Made by a program: the position numbers and the translations under genes. From Rubrobacteraceae bacterium (lineage in GTDB: Bacteria; Actinomycetota; Rubrobacteria; Rubrobacterales; Rubrobacteraceae): 64,000 bases of DNA. A model generated the notes under the pieces. It was given only the letters and a program-made list of their open reading frames with translations. It did not search any database and was not told the DNA's origin. The stretch spans positions 1,090 to 65,089 of the forward strand of contig JBGTFQ010000188.1 of the NCBI GenBank assembly GCA_041747155.1, written 5' to 3'. Positions 46,541 to 56,029 of the stretch are shown here, in pieces. Position 1 is the first letter of the stretch, and each line of letters starts with the position of its first letter.

Positions 46541-47242
46541 TTAAGGTTTCCCTTCCCCATCGGTACATGGTGCGCCCGGCTCAGGGGTTTGAGGGCCTTC
46601 CGTGAAAGACTCCACGAACTGCTTCAGCCGAGGATCATCCGCTTCTTTCAGGAGCAGTTGCTTTCCCCACGCCGAGACTACCACCGGAGCAGGTAGATTA
46701 AGGTAAGGGCTGACTAACACGTAGTCCTGATCGCTCGCAACATCTTGCAAGGCTTCTGCCTGTCCTGCGGGTAGATCCGGACGGTAAGTAACCCACACTG
46801 CGCCGTGCTCCATAGAATGCACGGCCCGTTCGTCTTTGATCGAAGTTTCGTAGAACCCACAGTTCTGCCACACCGGCCAGTGGTCTCCTGCCACTGGCGG
46901 GGTTTGCGAGTAAGAGACGCTCTTCTCAACATGGTCCGGACGCTCAGGAACCTTGAAGCTTTGCACCCCCTCTGGCGGTGCTGGCCTGTCCGACGAATCT
47001 TGATCCACCTGTTCGCCGCACGAAGTCACCGCAAGAACCAAAGATACGATTGCCAAGGCCAGGATTAGCTTGCTGACTTTAGGCCATGCAATAAGCTTGG
47101 CGACTCGCTGCTTTATTGGCCGGTAAGCTCCTTTATCGTTTGCCCTGTTCAACGATGAACCGCCTGAATCACGAAACTTGCAGCACAAACGATTCGAATC
47201 ACCTACACCTATTGTGTTATCGCTAAAGTTTGGAAGCTTCAC
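46541..47242 (-). CDS. DUF3105-like exported protein
   Basis: HSMEHGAVWVTYRPDL and VVVSAWGKQL patterns. A hydrophobic anchor or lipobox-like VTSCG is present. The true start probably lies downstream of 47242. Confidence 0.6.
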   Translation of the reverse strand: MKLPNFSDNTIGVGDSNRLCCKFRDSGGSSLNRANDKGAYRPIKQRVAKLIAWPKVSKLILALAIVSLVLAVTSCGEQVDQDSSDRPAPPEGVQSFKVPERPDHVEKSVSYSQTPPVAGDHWPVWQNCGFYETSIKDERAVHSMEHGAVWVTYRPDLPAGQAEALQDVASDQDYVLVSPYLNLPAPVVVSAWGKQLLLKEADDPRLKQFVESFTEGPQTPEPGAPCTDGEGKP

Positions 47243-47254
47243 ACGGGGACCTTT

Positions 47255-47950
47255 CTATAGGGCGCGCTGGTAGAGAGCTGACACATCGTGGACGACTATG
47301 CGATGGTCCGAACCTATCGAGATATGCCCATGCCGTCTATGGAAGCCGAGGGCGTAATTAACTCTAACTCGGGAGGCACCCACCAAGGCTGCCAGATCTG
47401 TTTGCGTCATGCGCAAAGGTATAAGAACGCTACCGTCCGGAGCTGGTTCGCCATATTCTCGGGCAAAGGCTAGGAGTTGACTTGCTACCCGCCCTTGGAT
47501 ATCCAGCGCTGCGAGCGATCTCGCGTGGTTGTTGGCTAGACGTAACCTGCGAGAGAGGATACTGACCAAGTTATAAGTCATCGCTGGCATCTCTCGCATG
47601 CTTGTCCAGAAGGCGGAGCGATCCATCCAGAGTAGGACGGATTGGTCCAAGGTGATGACGGTGGCAGAACGCCCCAGACTGTCGGCTAGGCTCATCTCTC
47701 CTACTACCTCGCCCGCTCCGAGAATAGCGAGTATGACTTCACTGTCATGCACTTCGTCACTGTAGACTTTTACGCTGCCGCTGACGATTATGTAGACGGT
47801 CTCTCCGGGCTGCTCGGCCGTTATTACGTTGTATCCAGCGGGAAAGCTCTTGCGGTGCAGTAGGGTGTTCAGATTCGATAACTGCTCGGCATTCAAATTT
47901 TGGAACAGAGGAATTGTGGCCAGAGTGTTGGGCTCTTGTACAGCCGGCAT
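47255..47950 (-). CDS. Crp/Fnr-family cNMP-binding transcriptional regulator
   Basis: cNMP domain with phosphate-binding cassette GEVVGEMSL...RSATV. C-terminal HTH (QTDLAALVGASRVRVNYAL). Confidence 0.85.
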   Translation of the reverse strand: MPAVQEPNTLATIPLFQNLNAEQLSNLNTLLHRKSFPAGYNVITAEQPGETVYIIVSGSVKVYSDEVHDSEVILAILGAGEVVGEMSLADSLGRSATVITLDQSVLLWMDRSAFWTSMREMPAMTYNLVSILSRRLRLANNHARSLAALDIQGRVASQLLAFAREYGEPAPDGSVLIPLRMTQTDLAALVGASRVRVNYALGFHRRHGHISIGSDHRIVVHDVSALYQRAL

Positions 47951-47998
47951 ACCTAACCTCCCGCTACTAAACTATTCGCTTACATCTATCATAAAACA

Positions 47999-50902
47999 TT
48001 AGCGCAAGATAGCCAGGTTCGCCTGGCGACGGGCCTCTACGACGCTCTCAAAGGCGTCGCGCAGGTCGGGGACGGTCCGCAGGAGGCTGAGGAATTGTTC
48101 GCGGTCGAGCCTCAACAAGATGCTGGGGGCGCGCGCCCGGACGGTTGCCGCACGCGGCACGTCATCCAGCAGCGCCATCTCCCCGAAGTAGTCTCCATCG
48201 CGGAGCATTGCGAGTCGCCGTTCTTCCCCAGTCGGACCAATGGTCACCACCTCCACCTCTCCGCGTGCGACTATATACAGGTTTTCGCCAGGATCTCCCT
48301 CTTCGAAGATCGTTTCGCCTTCCGTGTAACGCTCGGTAAGGAAATGATCCGCGAGTGCTGCCAGCAAAACCCCGTCCAGATTCTTGAAGAACGGTACGCC
48401 TTGCAGGCGCGTAGCTTCAAGGCCAACATATTGTTCGTTTGCGCCGATCACGAAGCCATGTTGCTGCTCCCACAAGCGATGATAGAGGCCCCTCATGCCC
48501 AGCAGTTCCTCATGGGTGCCCTGCTCGACCAGGCGGCCGTGTTCGAGCACGGCGATGAGATCATACCCGACCACGGAAGAGAGCCGGTGGGTAACGGTTA
48601 TAGTAGTGCGTTGCTGGGAAATTTTCGCTAGAGTGGAGTTGATGGCGGCCTCGGTCTGCGGATCCAGCGCGGAAGTAGGCTCGTCGAGGACGAGTATAGC
48701 CGGATCTCTCAGGATTGCCCGCGCCAGGGCGATGCGCTGACGCTGACCACCAGAGAGGCGGCCGCCGCGCTCCCCAACCACCGTCTCGTATCCTTGGGGC
48801 AACCCCACAATGAAGTCGTGGATCTCCGCTGACCGCGCCGCCTCTTCCACCTCATGATCCGTGGCGGAAAGCTTTCCCAAACGGATATTCTCTCGCACCG
48901 TGTCATTGAAGAGGAACGTATCCTGGAAGACCGCGCCGATCTGTTCCCGCAGCGACTCCTGCGAGATCTGCTTTAGGTCCTGGCCGTCCAATCTCACCGA
49001 ACCGTTTGTAGGATCGTAGAATCTCATGAGAAGGTTCAGGAGCGTGCTCTTTCCGGAGCCGCTGGGGCCAACGAAGGCTACGGATCGCCCGGCCGGGATC
49101 GTGATGCTTACCCCTTGCAGGTTTGTCTGCTCGCCAGTGTAACTGAAGTCGACCTCATCGAGGCTTATCTCCTCCGAGAGCCGCGGCGCTGGTTTCGCAT
49201 CTGTCTCGTCGGTAATTTCGGGCTGCTCCTCTAACAGTTCATTCACCCGCTGCATCCCGCCAGAGGCCTCCTGCAGCATCTGCACGATCCCGGATATTGA
49301 GCTGAGTGGCCCCGTCACGTTGCCGAGTAGTCCCTGGAAAGCGAACAGCGACCCGATAGTGAGATTCCCGCGTATAACCATAAATGCCCCAACGGCAAGT
49401 GCCACCACCTGGACAAAGGAAACGCTGAGACCCGCCGTCGTCCCCATCAAGGAACCGAGAAAGGCGCTTCGCAGGGTGCTTTGCCGGAGTCGTTCGATCT
49501 CTTCGCGAAAGCCCCCTATCGCCATCTCCTGCAGACCAAAGGCCTTGACGATAGGCTGGGCGCCGACATTCTCCTGGGCGACGCTTGCCACTCTTCCCGC
49601 GTCCTCTTGCTGTTCGTAACTCGCCCTGGCGGCCCGCCCTCCGAACAGAGCTGGTCCCAGAAACAGTATAGGCAGCACCAGCGTACACAGCAACGCCAAG
49701 CGCCACTCAAGGACGAATAGTATGACGGCACTGATACCGAAGCTGAGAACGAGGGTAGTTAGGGCGGGGATCACGCCCGTCAATGCTCCCGCGACCACCA
49801 TCAAGTCGTCGGTCATTCGGGACATCAGGTCCCCAACCCGGGAGCGGGTATAGAAACTCAAAGAGAGCCGCTGAAGATGGCCGAACATCTTTAGGCGCAG
49901 ATCGTTCAGCACGTTGGCGCTTACACGGGCGGATAGATAATCTTCGCCCAGGCTGACTACAGACTGGAAGATGAAGAAGCCGACCAACGCCCCCAGGATC
50001 AGGACGAGTAGACTGACGTTTCCCGGGCGTAAGGCATCGTCTATGAGGAATTTAGTGCTCAAAGGCAAGATTATCCCGAAGGCGGCGCCGACCAAAGAGC
50101 CTAAGATAATGAGCAGCTCCTGGGTCCAGTAGGGCCGCAGGTAAGAAAAAGAGAGCCGCAAGACACCCATCATCCCGATTACTGGAGCCCGGCGAGCCTT
50201 CAAAGCGGAGAGCCACTCCCGTCCCAGAGCGTGGACCGGCTTTCCATAAGCCGCCTCCGCCACGGGGTCTGGCGCTTCGGCGTCGAACTCCTGGACGAAC
50301 TGCTTGAATCGATCCGGACCGTAGACTTCGAGCAAGAAGGCGACGAACGAGGTGGCGACCTGATAGTAAAGTACTCCTATTGAGGCTGCGGGGCCTCGCA
50401 GCACTTCAGCCAGAAGAGGACGGCCGCCGCTCTGAGCTTCGACCAGGGCGGCGTCGAGCCTGACCGGTTCGATCTCAGTGCTCCTCTGTACGACGTACCC
50501 TAGAAGCCCATCCACGAGCGCTGTCGCCCCGGAGATCTCGACACTCACCGAAGAGGCCAACACCATCTCTACGACGGAGCGCTCCAAATCTTCCCCTGGA
50601 GCATCTGACGTATAGACAGCGTGGATGCGTCCAACCGCGTTGTCCAAGGTCCAACCGCTTCGCCTCTGGTCCGAAAGTTGCTCCTCGCTCGGCACGTCGC
50701 TCAGATAAACTGGGGTCTGAGCGTTAGGCGTATCTCGGAGCGCAAGAGCGTCAAAGACAGCGCTCCGAGTTGTCTCCAGCCGAGAGGCGATCTGCGACGC
50801 ATCTCTTTCGGCAGCAGATTCGGTTAAGAACCGTAGAACGAAGTTTGGCGAATGATGTTCGAGCCACTGTGGGAGTGGTTGATTGTCAGGGATTTGGCTC
50901 AT
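47999..50902 (-). CDS. ABC exporter (TMD-NBD) with an unknown ~240-aa N-terminal domain and a C-terminal cyclic-nucleotide-binding domain
   Basis: Walker A GPSGSGKST, signature LSGGQRQRIALARA, Walker B ILVLDEPTSALD. C-terminal cNMP domain with GDYFGEMALL...RAATV. The N-terminal domain has no Cys, so it is not a C39 peptidase. Confidence 0.85.
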   Translation of the reverse strand: MSQIPDNQPLPQWLEHHSPNFVLRFLTESAAERDASQIASRLETTRSAVFDALALRDTPNAQTPVYLSDVPSEEQLSDQRRSGWTLDNAVGRIHAVYTSDAPGEDLERSVVEMVLASSVSVEISGATALVDGLLGYVVQRSTEIEPVRLDAALVEAQSGGRPLLAEVLRGPAASIGVLYYQVATSFVAFLLEVYGPDRFKQFVQEFDAEAPDPVAEAAYGKPVHALGREWLSALKARRAPVIGMMGVLRLSFSYLRPYWTQELLIILGSLVGAAFGIILPLSTKFLIDDALRPGNVSLLVLILGALVGFFIFQSVVSLGEDYLSARVSANVLNDLRLKMFGHLQRLSLSFYTRSRVGDLMSRMTDDLMVVAGALTGVIPALTTLVLSFGISAVILFVLEWRLALLCTLVLPILFLGPALFGGRAARASYEQQEDAGRVASVAQENVGAQPIVKAFGLQEMAIGGFREEIERLRQSTLRSAFLGSLMGTTAGLSVSFVQVVALAVGAFMVIRGNLTIGSLFAFQGLLGNVTGPLSSISGIVQMLQEASGGMQRVNELLEEQPEITDETDAKPAPRLSEEISLDEVDFSYTGEQTNLQGVSITIPAGRSVAFVGPSGSGKSTLLNLLMRFYDPTNGSVRLDGQDLKQISQESLREQIGAVFQDTFLFNDTVRENIRLGKLSATDHEVEEAARSAEIHDFIVGLPQGYETVVGERGGRLSGGQRQRIALARAILRDPAILVLDEPTSALDPQTEAAINSTLAKISQQRTTITVTHRLSSVVGYDLIAVLEHGRLVEQGTHEELLGMRGLYHRLWEQQHGFVIGANEQYVGLEATRLQGVPFFKNLDGVLLAALADHFLTERYTEGETIFEEGDPGENLYIVARGEVEVVTIGPTGEERRLAMLRDGDYFGEMALLDDVPRAATVRARAPSILLRLDREQFLSLLRTVPDLRDAFESVVEARRQANLAILR

Positions 50903-51089
50903 GCCTTCGCTTCCGCACGATACTGGAGGAACAACAATAACTTAGCAGCAAACTGTGAAACTAGCCGCAATATGCCTCCCGGCTTTTTATGATCAGCCGC
51001 CTGCAAAACTGGTTCGACAAGCCTTGTACGTTAGTAGGGCCGACCGTATATTCAATTCCTTATGTTCGACTTCGCTACGCAGAGTTGAT

Positions 51090-51121
51090 GAGAGGCGGAC
51101 CTTGCGCAAGGTCCGCCTCTC
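51090..51121 (-). terminator. strong hairpin 14 nt downstream of precursor-like gene 1
   Basis: Perfect 12-bp stem GAGAGGCGGACC / GGTCCGCCTCTC with loop TTGCGCAA. The U-tract is weak. Confidence 0.5.
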
Positions 51122-51134
51122 ATCTTTGGACTAT

Positions 51135-51656
51135 CTATCGCCAACACCCATACCGATAATACTCTCGACTGCCACTAGCATTCTGCCAGTGACCAGTCCG
51201 GTACAACCTACCTCCTTGACCCTGACACCAGTCCCCGTAATACATTTGCCAATTCCGAAAGGTTGGACTGTTCCAATTGATCCATCGATGCCAGAGCCAA
51301 ACGTTGCCCTGCACATCCTCTTCGTCTCCCTCGGAACCCTCATGGACGAATGCCGTGGCGACCATCGAATCGAGGATTTCGTGCTGCCCCTCGGGAAGTC
51401 CATCGTGGAAGCCATTGAGTTTGTCGGCGAACTCTTCGATCTCTTCCTCGCTCAGTGGTTCCATGTCCTGGTTTTCTCCGACTTGCTGCGCCTCCTCAGA
51501 GCCGTCCTCCTCCGCAGCGTTTACCACTACTGAGGCCGCCTGCAACTTCTCCCTTTCAGAGAGGTTTTTGAAGAACTCATCGAACTTCCTCTGAAACTCT
51601 TCTATATCCTGCTCGTTGGGAGACTCGTTCGGGGGTGTGTTAGTTTGTTCCGTCAT
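51135..51656 (-). CDS. precursor-like protein 1 with an acidic conserved N-terminal region and an aromatic/basic two-Cys C-terminal core ending GCWR
   Basis: 173 aa, no signal peptide. Paralogue of 51804..52319. GGAAGG SD-like sequence upstream. Confidence 0.7.
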   Translation of the reverse strand: MTEQTNTPPNESPNEQDIEEFQRKFDEFFKNLSEREKLQAASVVVNAAEEDGSEEAQQVGENQDMEPLSEEEIEEFADKLNGFHDGLPEGQHEILDSMVATAFVHEGSEGDEEDVQGNVWLWHRWINWNSPTFRNWQMYYGDWCQGQGGRLYRTGHWQNASGSREYYRYGCWR

Positions 51657-51768
51657 GCCCTCTGCCTTCCTGATCCCATCCTAAAGATCGTAGAATCGTT
51701 TTACCCTAAGTCGGAATACCGCTGTACAACTTCGTCTTATTAACGACAACATTCTCCTACAGAATTGC

Positions 51769-51795
51769 AAGGGCGCGGAAAGAATCCACGCCCTT
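51769..51795 (-). terminator. hairpin 9 nt downstream of precursor-like gene 2
   Basis: AAGGGCGCGG / CCACGCCCTT stem with one mismatch, read directly. Confidence 0.35.
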
Positions 51796-51803
51796 ACATG
51801 GAA

Positions 51804-52319
51804 CTATCTCCAGCACCCAAAAGCGACCTTACCGTTCCAGGTAATATACCGAAACCTCATTCGACCACCGATGCTGCTACAGAAGTTCTCAAAGTAATTG
51901 AAGTTAGCAAAGGAAGATCCAGTTGGATAGTAGGCTTCGGTACGTTGCCAGTAGTGTCCTTGTACGTCGTCTTGGTCGTCCTCAGGCCCAACGTGAACGA
52001 ATGCCTTGGCAGCCATCGAGTCGAGGATCTGATGCTGCCCCTCGGGCAAGCTGTCGTGAAAATTGTCAAGTTTGGCTACAAAGGACTCGATCTCTTTCTC
52101 GCTCAAGGTATCCACGTCTTGCTTCTCTTCACCCTGCTCCACCTCGGTGGATCCTTCCTGAGAAGTCTCGTACTCGCCGGCTAGCACCACCATGGCCGCT
52201 GCCTCCGGCTTCTCTCTCTCAGAAAGACTCTCGAAGAACTCGTTGAATTTCCTCTCAAATTCCTGCATGTCCTGCTCGCTGGGCGACTCATTTGGTGATG
52301 TGTTCGGTTGTTCCGTCAT
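51804..52319 (-). CDS. precursor-like protein 2 (paralogue), with a divergent core also ending GCWR
   Basis: 171 aa. The N-terminal ~115 aa are highly similar to protein 1 (MTEQ.NT.PNESP.EQD..EF.RKF.EFF..LSEREK, LPEGQH.ILDSM, DVQG). The C-terminal ~50 aa are divergent. Confidence 0.7.
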   Translation of the reverse strand: MTEQPNTSPNESPSEQDMQEFERKFNEFFESLSEREKPEAAAMVVLAGEYETSQEGSTEVEQGEEKQDVDTLSEKEIESFVAKLDNFHDSLPEGQHQILDSMAAKAFVHVGPEDDQDDVQGHYWQRTEAYYPTGSSFANFNYFENFCSSIGGRMRFRYITWNGKVAFGCWR

Positions 52320-52628
52320 GTCCTTTTCCTTTCTATGGTCGTGAGGGCGATACAGCGTTGTTCCACCCTCTTACATTGTTTTCGCCATCGGCCTACACTG
52401 CTATCAATAAATTGCTCTTTCGCCTCCTTCCGTAGGGTCTAAGCTGGTTGCCATTAAGCCCTCCTTTCGGTTGTCTGCCGGGTTCTCTTTCCTTGTAAGA
52501 AGCTTAACAGAGTGCCCACGTCCATGCTATAAAATACGTTACACACAACCTTTAAAATACTTGACAGCAAGGATTGTTTAGTGAAATGTCCTCCTGAGCG
52601 GAGCGTCTAGTTTGTTCAGAGGCATTTA

Positions 52629-53468
52629 TTATGTGCCGTGTTGCACTTGTCTGTCTTTGTGCGACACGTTTGCTGAAAGAGCCCGAAGAACGGCTTTCAG
52701 TTGAAAGATGGTCAGCTCCGGATGTTTGCCGAGGATCTGCGCGGCTATTCCCGCAATGTGCGGCGCGGCGAAGCTATTGCCGGTCGAGGTGATCCAACTG
52801 CCTTTCCGCCACGCTACCCGGACGTCGATGCCCAGGGCTCCAAACTCCACCGGCGGCTGTGGGTTGTAGTAGAAGTGGTAGGGGTCTTGAACGTCGTGCG
52901 ATGCGACGGAGAGCACGGATGCGTACATCGAGGGAAAGCTCGGCACGGGCATGTTGTTTACGGCGCCTACCAGCGCCATGTTGCGGAAGTACGCGAGGTC
53001 GGTCAACTCGTGGAATACTCCGAAGTGGTCCTTCTTCGATGTGCTCAGGCTCAGGTTGCAGACGTGCATCCCGTTCTCGATAGCCCAGCGAAGTCCGGCG
53101 GCGAAGACGCCGCCGCGACCGGTCAGCATTGGCCCGAGCACCTTTACACTGTATAGCTCGCAGTCGGGCGCCAGGGAGCGGATTATTCCGGCGCAGGCCG
53201 TGCCATGCCCAAATACGTCCGTGTGCGGCTCGGTATCGTAGACCAGCCCTTCGGGACCTTCGTGTATCGCGACATAGCCGCCGATACTACCTTGTATCGC
53301 AGGATGCTCGGATTCGATGCCGCTGTCGATAACGGCCACCTTGACACCCTCGCCGGTGCTCCCTCCCCAAGCCCATTCCCGAGTGATGTCGTCTAAAGGC
53401 TGTACCGCATTGAGTGCTTGCACTTTGTCGGTGGCAAAGACCGATGACCAGGCAGGGCGCTGATCCAT
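52629..53468 (-). CDS. intracellular S8 (subtilisin-family) serine peptidase
   Basis: Catalytic motifs VAVIDSGIE, HGTACAGII and GNSFAAPHIAG. No signal peptide. ATG 53468 overlaps the GAF gene stop (TAATG). Confidence 0.8.
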   Translation of the reverse strand: MDQRPAWSSVFATDKVQALNAVQPLDDITREWAWGGSTGEGVKVAVIDSGIESEHPAIQGSIGGYVAIHEGPEGLVYDTEPHTDVFGHGTACAGIIRSLAPDCELYSVKVLGPMLTGRGGVFAAGLRWAIENGMHVCNLSLSTSKKDHFGVFHELTDLAYFRNMALVGAVNNMPVPSFPSMYASVLSVASHDVQDPYHFYYNPQPPVEFGALGIDVRVAWRKGSWITSTGNSFAAPHIAGIAAQILGKHPELTIFQLKAVLRALSANVSHKDRQVQHGT

Positions 53469-54358
53469 TACCGTATCGCCCCCATCCCACCACCCGGCTC
53501 GGGACGTGACCGGAGATAATCTGCAAACCCATGCAGGATCGCCCGACACGCTTCTAGCTCGTTCTCGCCCTGTGAGGCAACCTCTTGCACCAACCGGGCA
53601 AGTTCGAGGGTCTCTTTGAATTCGGGATCTTCTTCGACGCGCGCTGCGAAAGCATTCGCACGCCGCATCACTCCCTCCGTCGCATCGCCGTGTACGCCCG
53701 ATAGCGATTCTAGAGCCTCGCCGACGAGCGCCGCAAGGTTACGGTGGAGTTGAGATTGTTCGATGGCGACGGCGGCCTGGTTGGCGAAGAGGCCCAACGC
53801 CTCCATGTCCGACGCACTGAAGGAGTTCGCCCCTTCCTTGTCCAAAAGTTCTAGAACGCCAATGACACGGTCTTCGTAGAACAAAGGCACGCACAGTATG
53901 CTATCGGGCGCATACCCGACGCTCTGGGCGATGTCGGCGGCCTGGCGTGGATCGCCCTGAGCATCCGAGACCGCCATCGGCTGACCGCTCACGGCCACCA
54001 ATCCGGCTATGCCGTGGCCGAGCGGTACCCGAAATTCCCTGACTTCCTCTGCCTTCGAGCCGAGTGCAACCTCGAAAACCAGCTCTTCAGCATCCTCATC
54101 GACCAGAAAGAGGGCTGCGGCCCGGGCGGAGATCACGTGGGCCGCCGTCTCGACGATCATCTCCGACAGGCGCGAGGAGGCTACCGGAGAGGCAATGGTT
54201 CCGGCAACCGACAAGAGGGTGAGCGACTCCTTCAGATCCTCGGCCAACCTCTCATCTGCGCCTCGGCGACGCAAGCGCTCTATCTCTTCCGCCTGACGAG
54301 CGATGGTCTCCTGAGCCTCTGCCAGCGCATCGCGGCCTGTGGCTCCTTCTTCGTCCAC
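53468..54358 (-). CDS. GAF-domain protein with N-terminal coiled-coil
   Basis: GAF pattern AAALFLVDEDAEELVFEVALG...GIAGLVAVSGQPMAVSD...ILCVPLFYEDRVIGVLELLD. GTG start with GAGGAGGT 7 nt upstream. Confidence 0.8.
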   Translation of the reverse strand: MDEEGATGRDALAEAQETIARQAEEIERLRRRGADERLAEDLKESLTLLSVAGTIASPVASSRLSEMIVETAAHVISARAAALFLVDEDAEELVFEVALGSKAEEVREFRVPLGHGIAGLVAVSGQPMAVSDAQGDPRQAADIAQSVGYAPDSILCVPLFYEDRVIGVLELLDKEGANSFSASDMEALGLFANQAAVAIEQSQLHRNLAALVGEALESLSGVHGDATEGVMRRANAFAARVEEDPEFKETLELARLVQEVASQGENELEACRAILHGFADYLRSRPEPGGGMGAIR

Positions 54359-54598
54359 GAAATGACCTCCTCTGGCTTCAGGATACGTTAGCGCGTATTG
54401 TCTGTAAACATTACTTTGAAGAAATACCGCCTTGGGTACTATTCCGTTACCTGCAACGCAAGCTCGGGTGCGTTCAACAGCGAGACGCTTCTATGAGGCC
54501 AATACATCCGGCGCTTTCCGGAGCCCCATCGTTATTTCCACACAGCACTATGGGGCAGGAGCCGAAGCCACCGCCCCGTGCTTCTGATCGTGTATAGC

Positions 54599-55039
54599 TC
54601 ACCAGGGCCTGAAGATGGGTATAGTTACGTTAGAGGTGAAAGCTGACGTGTAGCGGGGTGACAGGTAGAAGGACCTTCCCCAGTCGCCATACGTGTTCCC
54701 GTTGATGTTCTTCTGGGCCCGGATCGCGTAGGAATAGCCTGTAGGGCTGTTGTAGAAGTTGAACTGGCCGTAGGCGTTGGCGCGGCCCTGCTTCCAATAG
54801 GCCCAGCCGCTGCCCGACTTATACCAGTACAGACTCACGGTAGCATATGGCACTCTTTGGCCGGTGTCAGACCGAAAGACTGTACCCTGTATCTTCCTCG
54901 CGGTGGCCGCGTCGGCGTCTTTGGTCCCCAGCAGGCCCGACGAATCAGACAGCGCGCTCGCCGCCATGATCGCCAACATCGCCGCCAGCACGAAAAGCAT
55001 CCGAATACTCAGTCTCTGGGCCGTAATCGCTTCCCTCAT
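54599..55039 (-). CDS. small secreted protein, carboxypeptidase-regulatory-like beta-sandwich
   Basis: Signal peptide followed by IQGTVFRSDTGQRVPYATVSLY... Aromatic/Gly-rich. Confidence 0.5.
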   Translation of the reverse strand: MREAITAQRLSIRMLFVLAAMLAIMAASALSDSSGLLGTKDADAATARKIQGTVFRSDTGQRVPYATVSLYWYKSGSGWAYWKQGRANAYGQFNFYNSPTGYSYAIRAQKNINGNTYGDWGRSFYLSPRYTSAFTSNVTIPIFRPW

Positions 55040-55275
55040 TCGTGGACCTCCTTGTCCGTTTCGGGCTCTTTTTGAACCCGTTCGCTATCTACATTGGTAA
55101 GCTTAACTGGCGGCAATAGGGCTGCCATCGGCCAGGCGGCTATACGTATATCGGTCGAGTGGCCATAAGTTGCTAGCCGCTACAAAGTGGGTGTGGAATG
55201 AGGTCTGAGTTGGAACCTTAACTAAGCCTGTGAGCTGCAGTGTTACAGTGAACGCGGGAAAAATGGGGTGTACAA

Positions 55276-56017
55276 ATGGCTGAACTACCTGACACAAATT
55301 CTACCTTCCTGTTCACGGATATAGAGGGTTCCACGAAGCTCTGGGAGCGCAGCGCGTCGGTGATGCAGATTGCTCTCATCCGGCACGACAAAATATTGAG
55401 GAATGCCATGGACACTCACGGCGGACACGTATTCAAGACGGTCGGCGACGCTATCTGTGCGGTCTTCGACGACGTTTCCGCCGCCCTCGGCGCGGCCTTT
55501 GTCGCTCAGCAGGACCTTGTTACTGAACCCTAGACGACAGAGGTGGGTGCTTTGGAAGTCAGAATGGCATTGCACATCGATCCGACTGAAGAGCAGGATG
55601 GCAACTACTTCGGTCCTACTCTAAACCGTGTCGCTCGGCTTCTTTCCGCCGTCCACGGGGGACAGACCCTACTCTCGCTGGCGACCAAAGTACGGGTATG
55701 CGACCGGTTGCCACCCGGGGTGTCCTTGCGAAACCCCGGAGAATGCCTACTGGAAGACCTTATCGATCCTGAGCAAGTATTTCAGGTCGTGGCTCCGGGC
55801 TTGCCCGCCAACTTTCCGCCGCTCAAGACCCTTGACGCACGGCTCAACAATCTGCCTTTACAACCTACCTCCCCTCGTCGGCCGAGAAGAGGTAGTGGCG
55901 GCCATCTACGAATATCTTCGGTACCCGGAGGTCCGCCTGCGGACGCTCACTGGTTCGAGAGGGACAGGCAAGACTCGCCTAGGCTTACAGGTGGGGGCGG
56001 AGCTACTCGACGAGTAG
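55276..56017 (+). pseudogene. decayed, 3'-truncated paralogue of the cyclase-STAND gene
   Basis: MAELPDTNSTFLFTDIEGSTKLWE... is interrupted by TAG at 55531. It continues in another frame (YFGPTLNRVARL...FPPLKTLDARLNNLPLQPT). It then shifts frame again into the Walker A region (GSRGTGKTRLGL) and ends about 56017. Confidence 0.8.
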
Positions 56018-56029
56018 CCCTGAGCCGAG

